The translations under genes were made by a program, and so were the position numbers. Of a stretch of DNA of 64,000 nucleotides, positions 8,520 to 18,143 are shown piece by piece. Position 1 is the stretch's first letter; the number at the start of each line of letters is the position of its first letter. Under the pieces are notes generated by a model that was not told where the DNA came from, made no database searches, and worked only from the letters and a program-made list of their open reading frames with translations. Source of the DNA: Candidatus Nomurabacteria bacterium (lineage in GTDB: Bacteria; Patescibacteriota; WWE3; UBA101185; UBA10185); NCBI GenBank assembly GCA_020631855.1, contig JACKGU010000002.1, positions 159,447 to 223,446 of the forward strand, read 5' to 3'.

Positions 8520-8625
8520 TGTACGAGCATTATACAATAAAAAGCCCCTTACTCAAATAATTGTATATCTTTAAAACTATGTGCCCACTTAGTTTGTTTG
8601 TAAATTTGGGTAGATGTGGGCGCGC

Positions 8626-8713
8626 TGGTGCCGGAGATGGGACTCGAACCCACACTCCAATAATTGGAACAGCCTTCTGAAGACTGCGAGTCTGCCAATT
8701 CCTCCACTCCGGC
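8626..8713 (-). tRNA. tRNA-Leu (CAG), long variable arm, CCA encoded
   Basis: Reverse complement GCCGGAGTGGAGGAATTGGCAGACTCGCAGTCTTCAGAAGGCTG...GGTTCGAGTCCCATCTCCGGCACCA. Anticodon loop TTCAGAA. Confidence 0.75.
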
Positions 8714-8781
8714 CCACATATCAGTTATTTCAAGCAATAACTTACATAGCAAAAGGTATCTTATACTAATATTTTGCTAAT

Positions 8782-9522
8782 TTAAAGCCCAGAGACAGGG
8801 TCTTCTATATCTATCGAAGACTCAGGCATGCCTTGAATCTGAAACTTCAAGATAATGCTGTCATCAACATTAAATACGTTTAATAAAGACGGGGCCTCAA
8901 CTCCAAAATCCGACATTAGGACTGTGGCCTCTCCACTAACATCGAACGTACTATCATTGGTAACAGCGTTAACATCAAAAATAACCTCTTTCTTAACAGA
9001 GTTGATTTCCAACATTACAGGAATTGAAAATGAAAATTGACCTGATTCATAGTCTTCGGGAAGCTGAAAGCCATTAACTGATATTAGTACTGAGCTATCT
9101 TTAAATATTTTAAGAATGTCAGAGTCCCTTTGCGCAGATGGTGATTTTAGCATATCTATTGACAGGCTTGCATTCGCATATAACATCCTATCATCCGAAG
9201 TCACCCAAATTAAGACATCGGTTAGTTCTGCAGAGCCTTCTATTTGTTCTCCGGGCTTATTTAAAAACATTTTGTTAGCCCTATATCCGGCAGTCGCATC
9301 ACTAATTAAATATAGAACCGCATCATCTGGCAGGGCGTTGTTTTTATTGTAGCCGAGCTCCGAGGTCGCAGGTATGTTTATCTGTTTCATTACATTTGGA
9401 TCGTATCTATCGTCTTTGGTTGCTTTGTGCTTTTCTTTATTGGTCAGAGAATACACAACAAAAACTAAAGAGAGGAGTATTACTAGAGATAAGACTATAA
9501 TTGTGGGCTTATTGTTTTTCAT
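8782..9522 (-). CDS. Membrane-anchored hypothetical protein, possibly YceI-like
   Basis: Likely start at MKNNKPTIIVLSLVILLSLVFVVYS (TM anchor). Function unknown. Confidence 0.4.
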   Translation of the reverse strand: MKNNKPTIIVLSLVILLSLVFVVYSLTNKEKHKATKDDRYDPNVMKQINIPATSELGYNKNNALPDDAVLYLISDATAGYRANKMFLNKPGEQIEGSAELTDVLIWVTSDDRMLYANASLSIDMLKSPSAQRDSDILKIFKDSSVLISVNGFQLPEDYESGQFSFSIPVMLEINSVKKEVIFDVNAVTNDSTFDVSGEATVLMSDFGVEAPSLLNVFNVDDSIILKFQIQGMPESSIDIEDPVSGL

Positions 9523-9558
9523 ACTACGTATTATATCAAAGCTTGTTACAATTGTTGT

Positions 9559-10773
9559 ATGCAAAAAAATATAGTTATTGTTGGGGCAGGCTTTGCGGGT
9601 TTATATACCGCAAAATACTTGGAAAAAAGACTAAAGCTGCTTAAAAGTAAAAAGATTGAAGCGAGCATTGCATTAATTGACCAGAACAACTACTTTACTT
9701 TTACCCCTCTTCTTCATGAAGTTGCATCGGGTGGCCTCGAAAGAGAACTAATACTTCACCCCATAAGAGAGGCCTTTGGGACTGGCGTATCTTTTATTAA
9801 TTCTAAAGTTGAAAGGGTTCATTTAGGTAAGAATTTCGTAATGACCTCTGATAAAATTCAGCTGCCTTATGATTATCTGGTTTTAGCAACAGGTTCAGTT
9901 TCAAGCTTAAAATATGATGTTCTTAATACAGAAATATTTAAACTAAAGACTGTAAACGACGCATATAATATTAAATCGGCCATACTTACAGTTTTTGAAC
10001 GAAAACAAAATAGCCTGCTCAACCCCCCGATAAAAGTCGTTATTGTTGGTGGGGGACCTACCGGTGTAGAACTCGTTGCAGAGCTGGCTGAATACATGCA
10101 TGGAACTTTAGCTAGGCTTTATAAACATGTAGGTCCGGGACAAAACCAAATTTTATTATTAAATTCTGCGGGGCATCTTCTAGGATCTTTTGACAAGAGA
10201 CTGGGTGAAAGAATTGAAAAGTATTTGGTTCAGAAACTTAATGTAAAAGTAATAAATAACTCAAAAATTATAAGTATTGAAGATTTTGTAATTAAATCGA
10301 GTAATGGTGAAATAAGAGGAGCTGACGTAATAATTGACGCCTCGGGGGTGAGAGCAATGTACCCAGACTTAATTCCGGCAATAGACACGGACGAAAAAAA
10401 CAACATAATAACAGATGATTTTCTACGAATTCCGGAATATCCAAATGTTTATGCTTTGGGGGATGTTGGACAGTTTTACAAACTCGCACAGACAGCTGTA
10501 AATCAAGCTGAATATGCGGCAAAAAGCATTGTCAACTTAATGTTGAATAAACAGCCTAAACAATATACCTTCAAACCCAAAGGATTCTTACTGTCATTAG
10601 GGAAAAACTATGCTATAGGTTCTCTTTTTAACGTGCTGATATTTGGAAAGCCGGTTTGGTTTTTATGGCGTACGATATACTTATTTAAAGTTTTAAACTC
10701 TAGACACAGAATTAAAATTGCACTAAACTGGACATTGAATTTATTTTCAGATAGAGACACAACTAACATATGA
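9559..10773 (+). CDS. ndh: Type II NADH dehydrogenase (NDH-2) / FAD-dependent pyridine nucleotide-disulfide oxidoreductase
   Basis: IVIVGAGFAGLY ... ALIDQNNYFTFTPLLHEVASG, a second dinucleotide-binding site VIVGGGPTGVE, and a C-terminal hydrophobic tail. Confidence 0.7.
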   Translation: MQKNIVIVGAGFAGLYTAKYLEKRLKLLKSKKIEASIALIDQNNYFTFTPLLHEVASGGLERELILHPIREAFGTGVSFINSKVERVHLGKNFVMTSDKIQLPYDYLVLATGSVSSLKYDVLNTEIFKLKTVNDAYNIKSAILTVFERKQNSLLNPPIKVVIVGGGPTGVELVAELAEYMHGTLARLYKHVGPGQNQILLLNSAGHLLGSFDKRLGERIEKYLVQKLNVKVINNSKIISIEDFVIKSSNGEIRGADVIIDASGVRAMYPDLIPAIDTDEKNNIITDDFLRIPEYPNVYALGDVGQFYKLAQTAVNQAEYAAKSIVNLMLNKQPKQYTFKPKGFLLSLGKNYAIGSLFNVLIFGKPVWFLWRTIYLFKVLNSRHRIKIALNWTLNLFSDRDTTNI

Positions 10774-11870
10774 ACAAGCAGTTTTTACAGAAACTAACCG
10801 CCTTTCAGAATTCTTTTAATGCGAATTTCTTTTTAGAAATAGAAGATCTGGAAAAGCACATGATGGAAAATATGTCACATAGCCTGCAAGAGGTTTATCG
10901 TCGTTATAATAAATTATCCACTAACGGAGGAAAAAGAATAAGGCCCTTTTTAGCAGATGTTTCATACAGTGCTTTTGGTGGGCAAGACACAAAGAACATC
11001 AGAAAGCTATGCATTGCCGTGGAACTAACAAATTCCTACATACTGGCTTTAGATGACGACCTTGACAGAACACAACTAAGAAGAAATTCTCCCACAGCAA
11101 ACAAATCTATCTATGAGTATCTACTAACACTTCGTCCTACAACAGAAATGTCGTACGCACATCATTTAACCTCATCTTTAATATCTATTACGTCTTTAAT
11201 GTATATGCATTACATAAACTCTTTTATCATAGAGCAAACTACATTTGAAGAAAGTGTAAAGCTGCGCCTTATAGATACACTAGCTAAAATGATTTTTAAA
11301 ACAGCCCAGGGAGAAAACAGCGAAACAGTATTGATGCTAGATAGAGACATTTCAATTAAAAGATCACTTGATATTTTACTTACTAAAACCGGCTATTATA
11401 CAATTGAGACGCCAGTTAGAATGGGCTATTTTGCTACAGGAGAAGAAAACCCCAGTGTAACAAGCTCCTTAGAAGAATATGCTCACAATGTCGGTCTGGC
11501 TTTTCAATTAAACGACGACATAATAGGAATCTTTGGAGACACGAACATTGCAGGAAAAAGTAATTCCGACGACATAAAAGAAGGAAAAATAACACCTTTG
11601 GTTGCTTACATTTATGAAAATGGCTCATCTAAGGACATCTCCGTAATAGAATCTATATTGGGTCGGGCAGATATCACAGATGAGGAGGCTGACAGGTTTA
11701 GAGACGTGGTCGTGTCTTCGGGAAGTAAAGATTTTGTTAGCAATTTGGCCAGAGAATACGCAGATAAAGGCAAAGCCAGTATTAAAAATGCCGAAAAATT
11801 TGCAGTGAGTAAGGATGCATTTAATACTTTCTTTGAGTTAGCAGATTTTGTTATCGACAGGTCTTTTTAA
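10770..11870 (+). CDS. Polyprenyl diphosphate synthase (GGPP/FPP synthase family)
   Basis: First Asp-rich motif LALDDDLDRTQLRRNSPTANK and second FQLNDDIIGIFGD. Start overlaps the ndh stop (ATGA). Confidence 0.65.
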   Translation: MNKQFLQKLTAFQNSFNANFFLEIEDLEKHMMENMSHSLQEVYRRYNKLSTNGGKRIRPFLADVSYSAFGGQDTKNIRKLCIAVELTNSYILALDDDLDRTQLRRNSPTANKSIYEYLLTLRPTTEMSYAHHLTSSLISITSLMYMHYINSFIIEQTTFEESVKLRLIDTLAKMIFKTAQGENSETVLMLDRDISIKRSLDILLTKTGYYTIETPVRMGYFATGEENPSVTSSLEEYAHNVGLAFQLNDDIIGIFGDTNIAGKSNSDDIKEGKITPLVAYIYENGSSKDISVIESILGRADITDEEADRFRDVVVSSGSKDFVSNLAREYADKGKASIKNAEKFAVSKDAFNTFFELADFVIDRSF

Positions 11871-11926
11871 GCATGTGGCCCCATTTGATATCTGGCTATG
11901 TTGGAATCAACGTAAAACTACAGCCA

Positions 11927-12748
11927 CTATAGTTTAAACGATTTTCTTCTGTAGATAAGTAGTAACAATGCAATCAATATTTTTTCTTGTGTCTTAGTAT
12001 AAACTCGCCCTAAAAATGGATTCATATCTCTTTTTTTTAATTTAACCAGGATTTGAAAATATAGGTGTGCACTCAACAATATTGAGTATCTAGTCTTTTT
12101 AGGTAGTAGGTCGGCTCCTTTTATCCCTTCTTTGTAAAAGCACACTGTTTTATTAGCATAATCAAGCATCAGGTCGTGCAATTCGTTCGAAAAAGACCCT
12201 GAAAATATTTGTTCTCTTGTAACACCAAATGAGCCCATGTCTGTAGTAGATAGGTATATGCGGCCTCGTCTAGCGTCTTCCTGTATGTCCCTGAGTATGT
12301 TTGTCAGCTGCAAAGCAATACCAAGTTTAGCTGCATAATCATAAGTTTTTTTATCGGTAACCCCAAAAATATTACATATCATAATGCCTACAGTTCCCGC
12401 AACTTTATAGCAGTATGTGCAGACGTCGTTAAACTCATTAAAAGGCTTAAAGTCTGTGTCACTAAGAATTCCTGAAACAAGCTCTTCAAAATAATGGCTA
12501 TCGATTTTGCTACGATCCAAAAAATCTTTGAGATCTTTTGATTTTGCTATTTTAATTATTGCCTCGGGATTGTTGCCCTTTGCCATGTCGGCAATGTCAT
12601 CAATTTGCCTAAGAAAATGGTACAGATTAGCTATTTCAACTCTATATTGTTTTGGCAGAAACAGGGCAGAAAAGTAAAATGTTTTTGAGCCTATGCTAAA
12701 AGCCTGCAAAAACTTTCTTTGAATTCTTTTAGAAACCGAACTTTTCAT
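11927..12748 (-). CDS. Phytoene / dehydrosqualene / squalene synthase family protein (CrtB/CrtM-like)
   Basis: YCYKVAGTVGIMI and LQLTNILRDIQEDARRGRIYLS match the SQS/PSY family signatures. Confidence 0.7.
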   Translation of the reverse strand: MKSSVSKRIQRKFLQAFSIGSKTFYFSALFLPKQYRVEIANLYHFLRQIDDIADMAKGNNPEAIIKIAKSKDLKDFLDRSKIDSHYFEELVSGILSDTDFKPFNEFNDVCTYCYKVAGTVGIMICNIFGVTDKKTYDYAAKLGIALQLTNILRDIQEDARRGRIYLSTTDMGSFGVTREQIFSGSFSNELHDLMLDYANKTVCFYKEGIKGADLLPKKTRYSILLSAHLYFQILVKLKKRDMNPFLGRVYTKTQEKILIALLLLIYRRKSFKL

Positions 12749-12757
12749 TGTATTGGA

Positions 12758-14248
12758 TTACTTTTTATCGCCATAGTCATTTAATATTATTTTATGGGTA
12801 GCTTTTGCCGATAAAATAACTCCGGGCACACCTCCGCCCGGATGAACGCTTGCGCCAACGAAATATAAATTTTTAATATTTTCTGCCTTGTTATGGGGCC
12901 TGAGAGAGGCTATTTGATCGTACCTGGGCTGTAAGCTCCAGCATGCCCCAAGATAGTTATTGCGCTCAGTCCTGAAATTTAGCGGAGTAAAAACTTTTTG
13001 AACCTCAATATTATTTCTCAAATTCTCCAATCCAAAAGAATTTTCGAGAAAGTCTATAATTTTATTTGAGAAAGGCTCAGCTTCGACATCCCAGTCAATA
13101 TTTGCAGCAAGATTCGGGACAGGAACAAGCAGATACAGGCTCTCGCAACCCTCAGGAGCCATAGACTTATCGGTTCTACTTGGCGCATGCAGATACATAG
13201 AAAAATCATCAGGTAAAACCTTGCTTTTAAAGATGTCTTGAATCAATCCTTTGTATCGTTTTGAAATAATAAGTGTGTGATGCAACAACTGGGGGTATTG
13301 CTTTTTAATTCCCAGGTATAAAACAACACAGCTCATGCTATAGTGCATTTTCTTTATTTTTGAAGATTTCCACTTTCCTCTGCTTCTTCCTTTAAGTAAA
13401 TCTAAATAGGTGTTTGCAAAGTGTGAGTTAGATACAACAATGTCAAAACTATAAAACTCTGGTCCAACCCTTACACCTTTTGCGGCATCGTCCTCTACAA
13501 CTATTTCTGTAACTTCTGTGTTTGTTTTAATAACACCCCCGTTTTTTTTAAAAAGTTCGCTCAGAGCCTCCACAACGCTATACATGCCTCCTTTTGTAAA
13601 CCACACTCCCCCATCCTTTTCCAAGTAAGGAAGCATTAAAAACACCGATGGTGTAATAAAGGGGTTTCCACCAATAAATAATGCGTGGAATGAGAACAAG
13701 AATCTTGCTCTAAAGTCCTTGAAGAACCTTGCCACAACCCAATAAGAAGGAAGAATTGCCCCGGTTATTAGTGCTTTTGGAAAATAACCTATAAAATCGA
13801 ACATGCTTAAAAAAGGCTTAGAGCCCAGTCCGTCTAGGATTACCGATTTATACAAATTTTTTGAATAACGCATAAAGCTATAGTATGCCTTTCCATCTTT
13901 CGTATTGAATCTTGTAAGTTGTTCAACCATTTGGTTCTCATCTCCGGAATAGTCAATGTAGGTCTTATCGTGAAAGTAAATTCGATAATATGGGTCTAAA
14001 GCTTGTAGATCTAAATAAGACTTACGGTCTTCGCCAAAGAGTTGAAACAGTTCATCAATAAGGAAAGGTAGCGTAATAATGGAAGGGCCCATATCGAACG
14101 TGTATCCTTTTTCTTTGTATTGACTGGCATGGCCCCCAACAGAAGAATTTTTTTCAAAAATCGTGACCTTATAACCTTCGGATAAGAGCCTGAGCGCTAT
14201 GGAAAGTCCTCCAAAACCAGAACCTATAACAGCAGCCGTTTTATTCAT
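12758..14248 (-). CDS. Phytoene desaturase family oxidoreductase (CrtI/CrtN-like)
   Basis: N-terminal AVIGSGFGGLSIALRL FAD fold, ~496 aa, adjacent to the synthase gene. Confidence 0.65.
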   Translation of the reverse strand: MNKTAAVIGSGFGGLSIALRLLSEGYKVTIFEKNSSVGGHASQYKEKGYTFDMGPSIITLPFLIDELFQLFGEDRKSYLDLQALDPYYRIYFHDKTYIDYSGDENQMVEQLTRFNTKDGKAYYSFMRYSKNLYKSVILDGLGSKPFLSMFDFIGYFPKALITGAILPSYWVVARFFKDFRARFLFSFHALFIGGNPFITPSVFLMLPYLEKDGGVWFTKGGMYSVVEALSELFKKNGGVIKTNTEVTEIVVEDDAAKGVRVGPEFYSFDIVVSNSHFANTYLDLLKGRSRGKWKSSKIKKMHYSMSCVVLYLGIKKQYPQLLHHTLIISKRYKGLIQDIFKSKVLPDDFSMYLHAPSRTDKSMAPEGCESLYLLVPVPNLAANIDWDVEAEPFSNKIIDFLENSFGLENLRNNIEVQKVFTPLNFRTERNNYLGACWSLQPRYDQIASLRPHNKAENIKNLYFVGASVHPGGGVPGVILSAKATHKIILNDYGDKK

Positions 14249-14280
14249 GGAAATATTATACCTAAAATATTCAGGGTGTG

Positions 14281-15145
14281 TTAGTTTAGAGAATTTTTGC
14301 TTGCTAGATAATCATTTTCGCTTAGTCTAAATGTAGCAAGTCTAGTCTGGGAGGAAAGGATGGAGATTTCATCCTTGAGGCGAGAAAGTTCGCCGTAAGC
14401 TTCTATAATAGTTAACGGATTGGGGTCTGATTTAACACGATCTAAAATACTAGATCGACTATCTTTATCACGCCTGGTCTTTAGAAGTGCTTCAGCAACG
14501 TCGTCTTTGGAAAGCTTCCCGATAACCCACCCCTGAGTTTTACAAACCTGGTCTATAGTATTTATGAGATCGGGGGATAATTCGCCCACCGGTTGGCCTA
14601 GAAATGCACCGCAGGCTTCTGAACAGCCTTGTGCAAATTGAGCTTGGTTCCCTTCTATTTGATCTCTAAAATTTGCAATAACTTCAGGACCGAGGGCACT
14701 TAAAAAAAGCCTTTTTAATTTCGGGAAGAAAGGGAAAATCCTTAAGACCATGAGGATCTTCTGGATCTGGGTCGAGTCTAAAAGCGAATGCAGCATGTTC
14801 AGGTTTTCCAAGCAAGGTGAGGGCTGCAGCCGAACCTAGAAGATGGAAAAATATTTTTTCACGAGGAAGATTTTCTTCTGCAGCTTTGTCGAGGTAAGCT
14901 ATTAGCGCGAGGCCTGGAGTTTCGTTAGTCTCTATTATATAGTTTATACCATCAACCACAGAATCAACATGCCCATCTCGATGTGTAAAAAGTGCTTCAG
15001 CTACTCGACGCATAACCATATTTTCAGGCTTTCGTAATGACCTACACATATCATTATCACCTATTATTGCGGTAACAAGCCTGCTATGAATATAATCAAC
15101 ATTCCATTCTGCTGTAGCTCTGTCTACTAAATTAATATTTCTCAT
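14281..15145 (-). pseudogene. Hypothetical gene split by a +1/-1 frameshift at an A7/T5 tract (about 14700-14716)
   Basis: ORFs 14684-15145 and 14281-14811 overlap by 127 bp in adjacent frames. Both translate the same segment (DFPFLPEIKKAFF vs RIFPFFPKLKRLF). Confidence 0.5.
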
Positions 15146-15785
15146 ATAAAATTGAGCCTGATCCGGGCCTCCTGATATTTGCTAGTCCAAAAAGACCAGA
15201 AAATTAGTAAAAGAATGAAATATGTAGTAGGCCCTTTTACAGCTATCATTATATGGCGTAAGGTTATAGGCCGTCAACCATTTCCTTACCGTTGAAATTG
15301 CTTGCTTAAACCCTATAAACCATAGTCTATATTGCGAATATTATAGCCTTATTGCAGATAGTATTTTATGATTTTTTTGTAGCATATCTGAGGCATTTTT
15401 AACTTTATCAAATAGTTCTTCAGGGGCATACCCAAGTACCCTTTGGTCTTTCCCAGCATGTTCCCCAAGGCTTGTCAAAACAGTAAGGGCACATCTAATC
15501 CGGCCTAAATAAACTGCCCCACAAATAAATCCAACAGCAGCGGCCACATTTTTTTCTTCAGTTTGATAATAATAGAGCAGGTATCATACTTCTCCGGCCA
15601 GAGCTTTAACGGCCCTTGAGTTCAATTCAGTAATAACAGCAACAACATATTTTGAATTATCGAATAACAAAGACGTTATCCTCTTCCCGAAGTGTACTAC
15701 TAGCGAACAAACTAATATATTTTTTGATTTTAAACTCTGTATCTCAAGATAGTCTTTAACACGTTTGCTATTTAAGTATCAAATA

Positions 15786-15862
15786 GTGGTGAGAGCGGTG
15801 GGATTCGAACCCACAACCTACCGGTTAAGAGCCGGTTGCTCTGCCATTGAGCTACGCTCCCG
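15786..15862 (-). tRNA. tRNA-Lys (CTT), CCA encoded
   Basis: Reverse complement CGGGAGCGTAGCTCAATGGCAGAGCAACCGGCTCTTAACCGGTAGGTTGTGGGTTCGAATCCCACCGCTCTCACCA. Confidence 0.8.
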
Positions 15863-15948
15863 AACAAAAAGATGCGCGAACTGCTTACAACACACATCAC
15901 GGTAAATAATAGCAGAAATAATGGTAAATTTAAATGTACGCAGGTAAA

Positions 15949-16251
15949 TTAGGACTTCTTTTTGTCGAGATTATCGAGCTTTAAGCCTCTTATTCCGTAG
16001 TATACAATAGCCCCAATTATTAAAAAGTCAATTATAGCGGAAATAAAGTTACCTATATGAATCTCCGCACCGCCAATCATTAATTGTGCGTTTTGTAGAC
16101 CGCCCGCGGCTCCCATAATGAGTCCAAGCACCGGGTTTATTACATCGTTAACTAATGAGGCAACAACTTTAGAGACTGCGCCTCCTAGTATAAATCCTAC
16201 TGATAGGCCAACGACACCTTGCTCTCTAATAAATTCAATAAAACCTTTCAT
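15949..16251 (-). CDS. mscL: Large-conductance mechanosensitive channel
   Basis: MKGFIEFIREQGVVGLSVGFILGGA ... VINPVLGLI ... IDFLIIGAIVY matches the MscL family pattern. 100 aa. Confidence 0.8.
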   Translation of the reverse strand: MKGFIEFIREQGVVGLSVGFILGGAVSKVVASLVNDVINPVLGLIMGAAGGLQNAQLMIGGAEIHIGNFISAIIDFLIIGAIVYYGIRGLKLDNLDKKKS

Positions 16252-16267
16252 ATTTCAACCTTCAATT

Positions 16268-16346
16268 ATGGCGCCCCTGGAGGGATTCGAACCCCCGACC
16301 CCTCGGTCCGAAGCCGAGTGCTCTGATCCGCTGAGCTACAGAGGCG
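16268..16346 (-). tRNA. tRNA-Arg (TCG), CCA encoded
   Basis: Reverse complement CGCCTCTGTAGCTCAGCGGATCAGAGCACTCGGCTTCGGACCGAGGGGTCGGGGGTTCGAATCCCTCCAGGGGCGCCA. Confidence 0.75.
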
Positions 16347-16390
16347 TATTTGCTATTTTTGATTATAACATCTAGTGCTAAAATATAGGA

Positions 16391-16927
16391 GTGAGACAAA
16401 ATATTTTAAAAATTACCCCACTCCTTGTGCTTTTATTAGTAATTTTTGCTGGTAGATCTTATGTTCTAAATGTCTTGAAAGATGACAGTGTAGAGATAGT
16501 TCAAAAAATGGATGAAAAAAAAGTTCCGAACGTTGCGCCTGCTAATATTATGATTACAGTAGAGGGCGAAAGAATATCTATAAAGAAAAGTCTAAGGTTA
16601 TCGAACACAGACACTTTTATTGAGGCTATGGAGTCTCTGAGAGAGGAAGGCTATATAAGTTTTGAACGTTTGGCCTATATTGACGGGATGAGAATAACAG
16701 CCATAAATAATATAGAGAGTAACGACATAAATGAATGGCGTGTATTTCTAAGCATGAAGGAGGGGCAGTCGACTTCTGCAGACCCATTATTATTTGATGA
16801 CTATGAGTTAAACATCTTAAAGCAGGCAGAGGGCGCAGAGGTAGATATTACACAGTATATAGATACAATGAATATCATAGATGAGGGTGACTATAGAATT
16901 GTCTATATAAAGATCTCGGACATGTAA
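16391..16927 (+). CDS. Membrane-anchored hypothetical protein
   Basis: N-terminal TM ITPLLVLLLVIFAG. No known motif. Confidence 0.4.
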   Translation: MRQNILKITPLLVLLLVIFAGRSYVLNVLKDDSVEIVQKMDEKKVPNVAPANIMITVEGERISIKKSLRLSNTDTFIEAMESLREEGYISFERLAYIDGMRITAINNIESNDINEWRVFLSMKEGQSTSADPLLFDDYELNILKQAEGAEVDITQYIDTMNIIDEGDYRIVYIKISDM

Positions 16928-16952
16928 AAGGGCGAACCTGCTCTAAAAATTC

Positions 16953-18143
16953 TTATTCGTACCTTAATGCTTCAATAGGATCCTTTTTGCTGGCCTGTAG
17001 CGCAGGATAAGTTCCAAAGACAACACCGACAACAAGAGAGAACGTGAATGCCAACACAACTGTTGAAAATGGTACCTCTGTACGTACTGCGCTTCTGGCG
17101 GCTAATGCTACAGCTGCCCCCATTGCTAAGCCCACCAAACCTCCGATTATACTTAACAAGATAGATTCAATAACAAACTGAAGACCAATATCAAAAGATG
17201 TAGCTCCAAGAGCCTTTCTAAGCCCTATTTCACGAATTCTCTCAGTTACGGACACAAGCATTATATTCATAATTCCAATTCCCCCCACAACCAAAGATAT
17301 TCCCGCAATAGCGCCTATTCCTAAAGTTAAAATATTTAATACATTTTGAATAGTGCTTAATATGTCTTGCTGAGACAAGACAGAGAAATCATCCTTTTTT
17401 AAATCTTTGAGGAGAGTGAGCTCTACCTCTCTCATGACAGCTTTAACTTGAGTAGAATCTTTAACTTTTATTCCAATGCTTGAAAAATTTCTAACATCAA
17501 AAACTTCCTTCGCGGTTGTATATGGAATATAGACATTATCGTCAAAATTTCTATTTTTTTCAGATAACACCGCCACGACCTTAAAAGTATCTTTTCCGAT
17601 TTTAATTTTTTTATCTATTGGATCTATTCCGGCAAAAAGTTCCTGGGCAACATTTTTTCCCAACACTGCAACCCGAGACTTAGAGCTTACAGCAGAAGAA
17701 TTAAATGCTCTGCCTTGATCAACGTTGAAATCAAAAGCCAATAAAAGCTGTTCGTTCGCACCAATAACGGTAGGGTAAAAAGACTTTGTTTTATACTGAA
17801 CCGTTTGACCTACTCGAATTGAAGGCGTTACTGCAACAACCTTATCTCCCAAAGCGTTTTCAATGAGCTTTACATGTTTTTCTGCCAGCTTGTTCTTACT
17901 AAAAAATTTTGCCGGGTCATCCGAGAGATCCACTTTCCCCGGTGATACAAATATTAAATTAGAACCGATAGCATTAAATTGGTCTTCTATGTAGTTTTGC
18001 GCACCTTTTCCTAAAGAAACCAGCGATACAACCGAAAAAACACCGATTATTACACCCAGGGTGGTTAAAAAAGTACGTATTTTATTAGCTTTTAGTGCTG
18101 TAATAGATGTTTTTAATGCTTCTACGAGCCTTTTGCTACTCAT
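16953..18143 (-). CDS. ABC transporter permease, FtsX/MacB-like
   Basis: ~400 aa with N-terminal TM, a large periplasmic domain and C-terminal FtsX-like TMs. Ends ...KKDPIEALRYE, identical to the ending of its paralogue. Confidence 0.65.
   Translation of the reverse strand: MSSKRLVEALKTSITALKANKIRTFLTTLGVIIGVFSVVSLVSLGKGAQNYIEDQFNAIGSNLIFVSPGKVDLSDDPAKFFSKNKLAEKHVKLIENALGDKVVAVTPSIRVGQTVQYKTKSFYPTVIGANEQLLLAFDFNVDQGRAFNSSAVSSKSRVAVLGKNVAQELFAGIDPIDKKIKIGKDTFKVVAVLSEKNRNFDDNVYIPYTTAKEVFDVRNFSSIGIKVKDSTQVKAVMREVELTLLKDLKKDDFSVLSQQDILSTIQNVLNILTLGIGAIAGISLVVGGIGIMNIMLVSVTERIREIGLRKALGATSFDIGLQFVIESILLSIIGGLVGLAMGAAVALAARSAVRTEVPFSTVVLAFTFSLVVGVVFGTYPALQASKKDPIEALRYE

Noticed and set aside
8315-8752. 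ORFs 8315-8530 and 8549-8752 from the six-frame track
   Set aside because: They lie antisense or over tRNA-Gly(CCC), tRNA-Leu(GAG) and tRNA-Leu(CAG). They are spurious.
16118-16375. ORF 16118-16375 (+)
   Set aside because: It overlaps mscL antisense and tRNA-Arg, and its translation is low-complexity.
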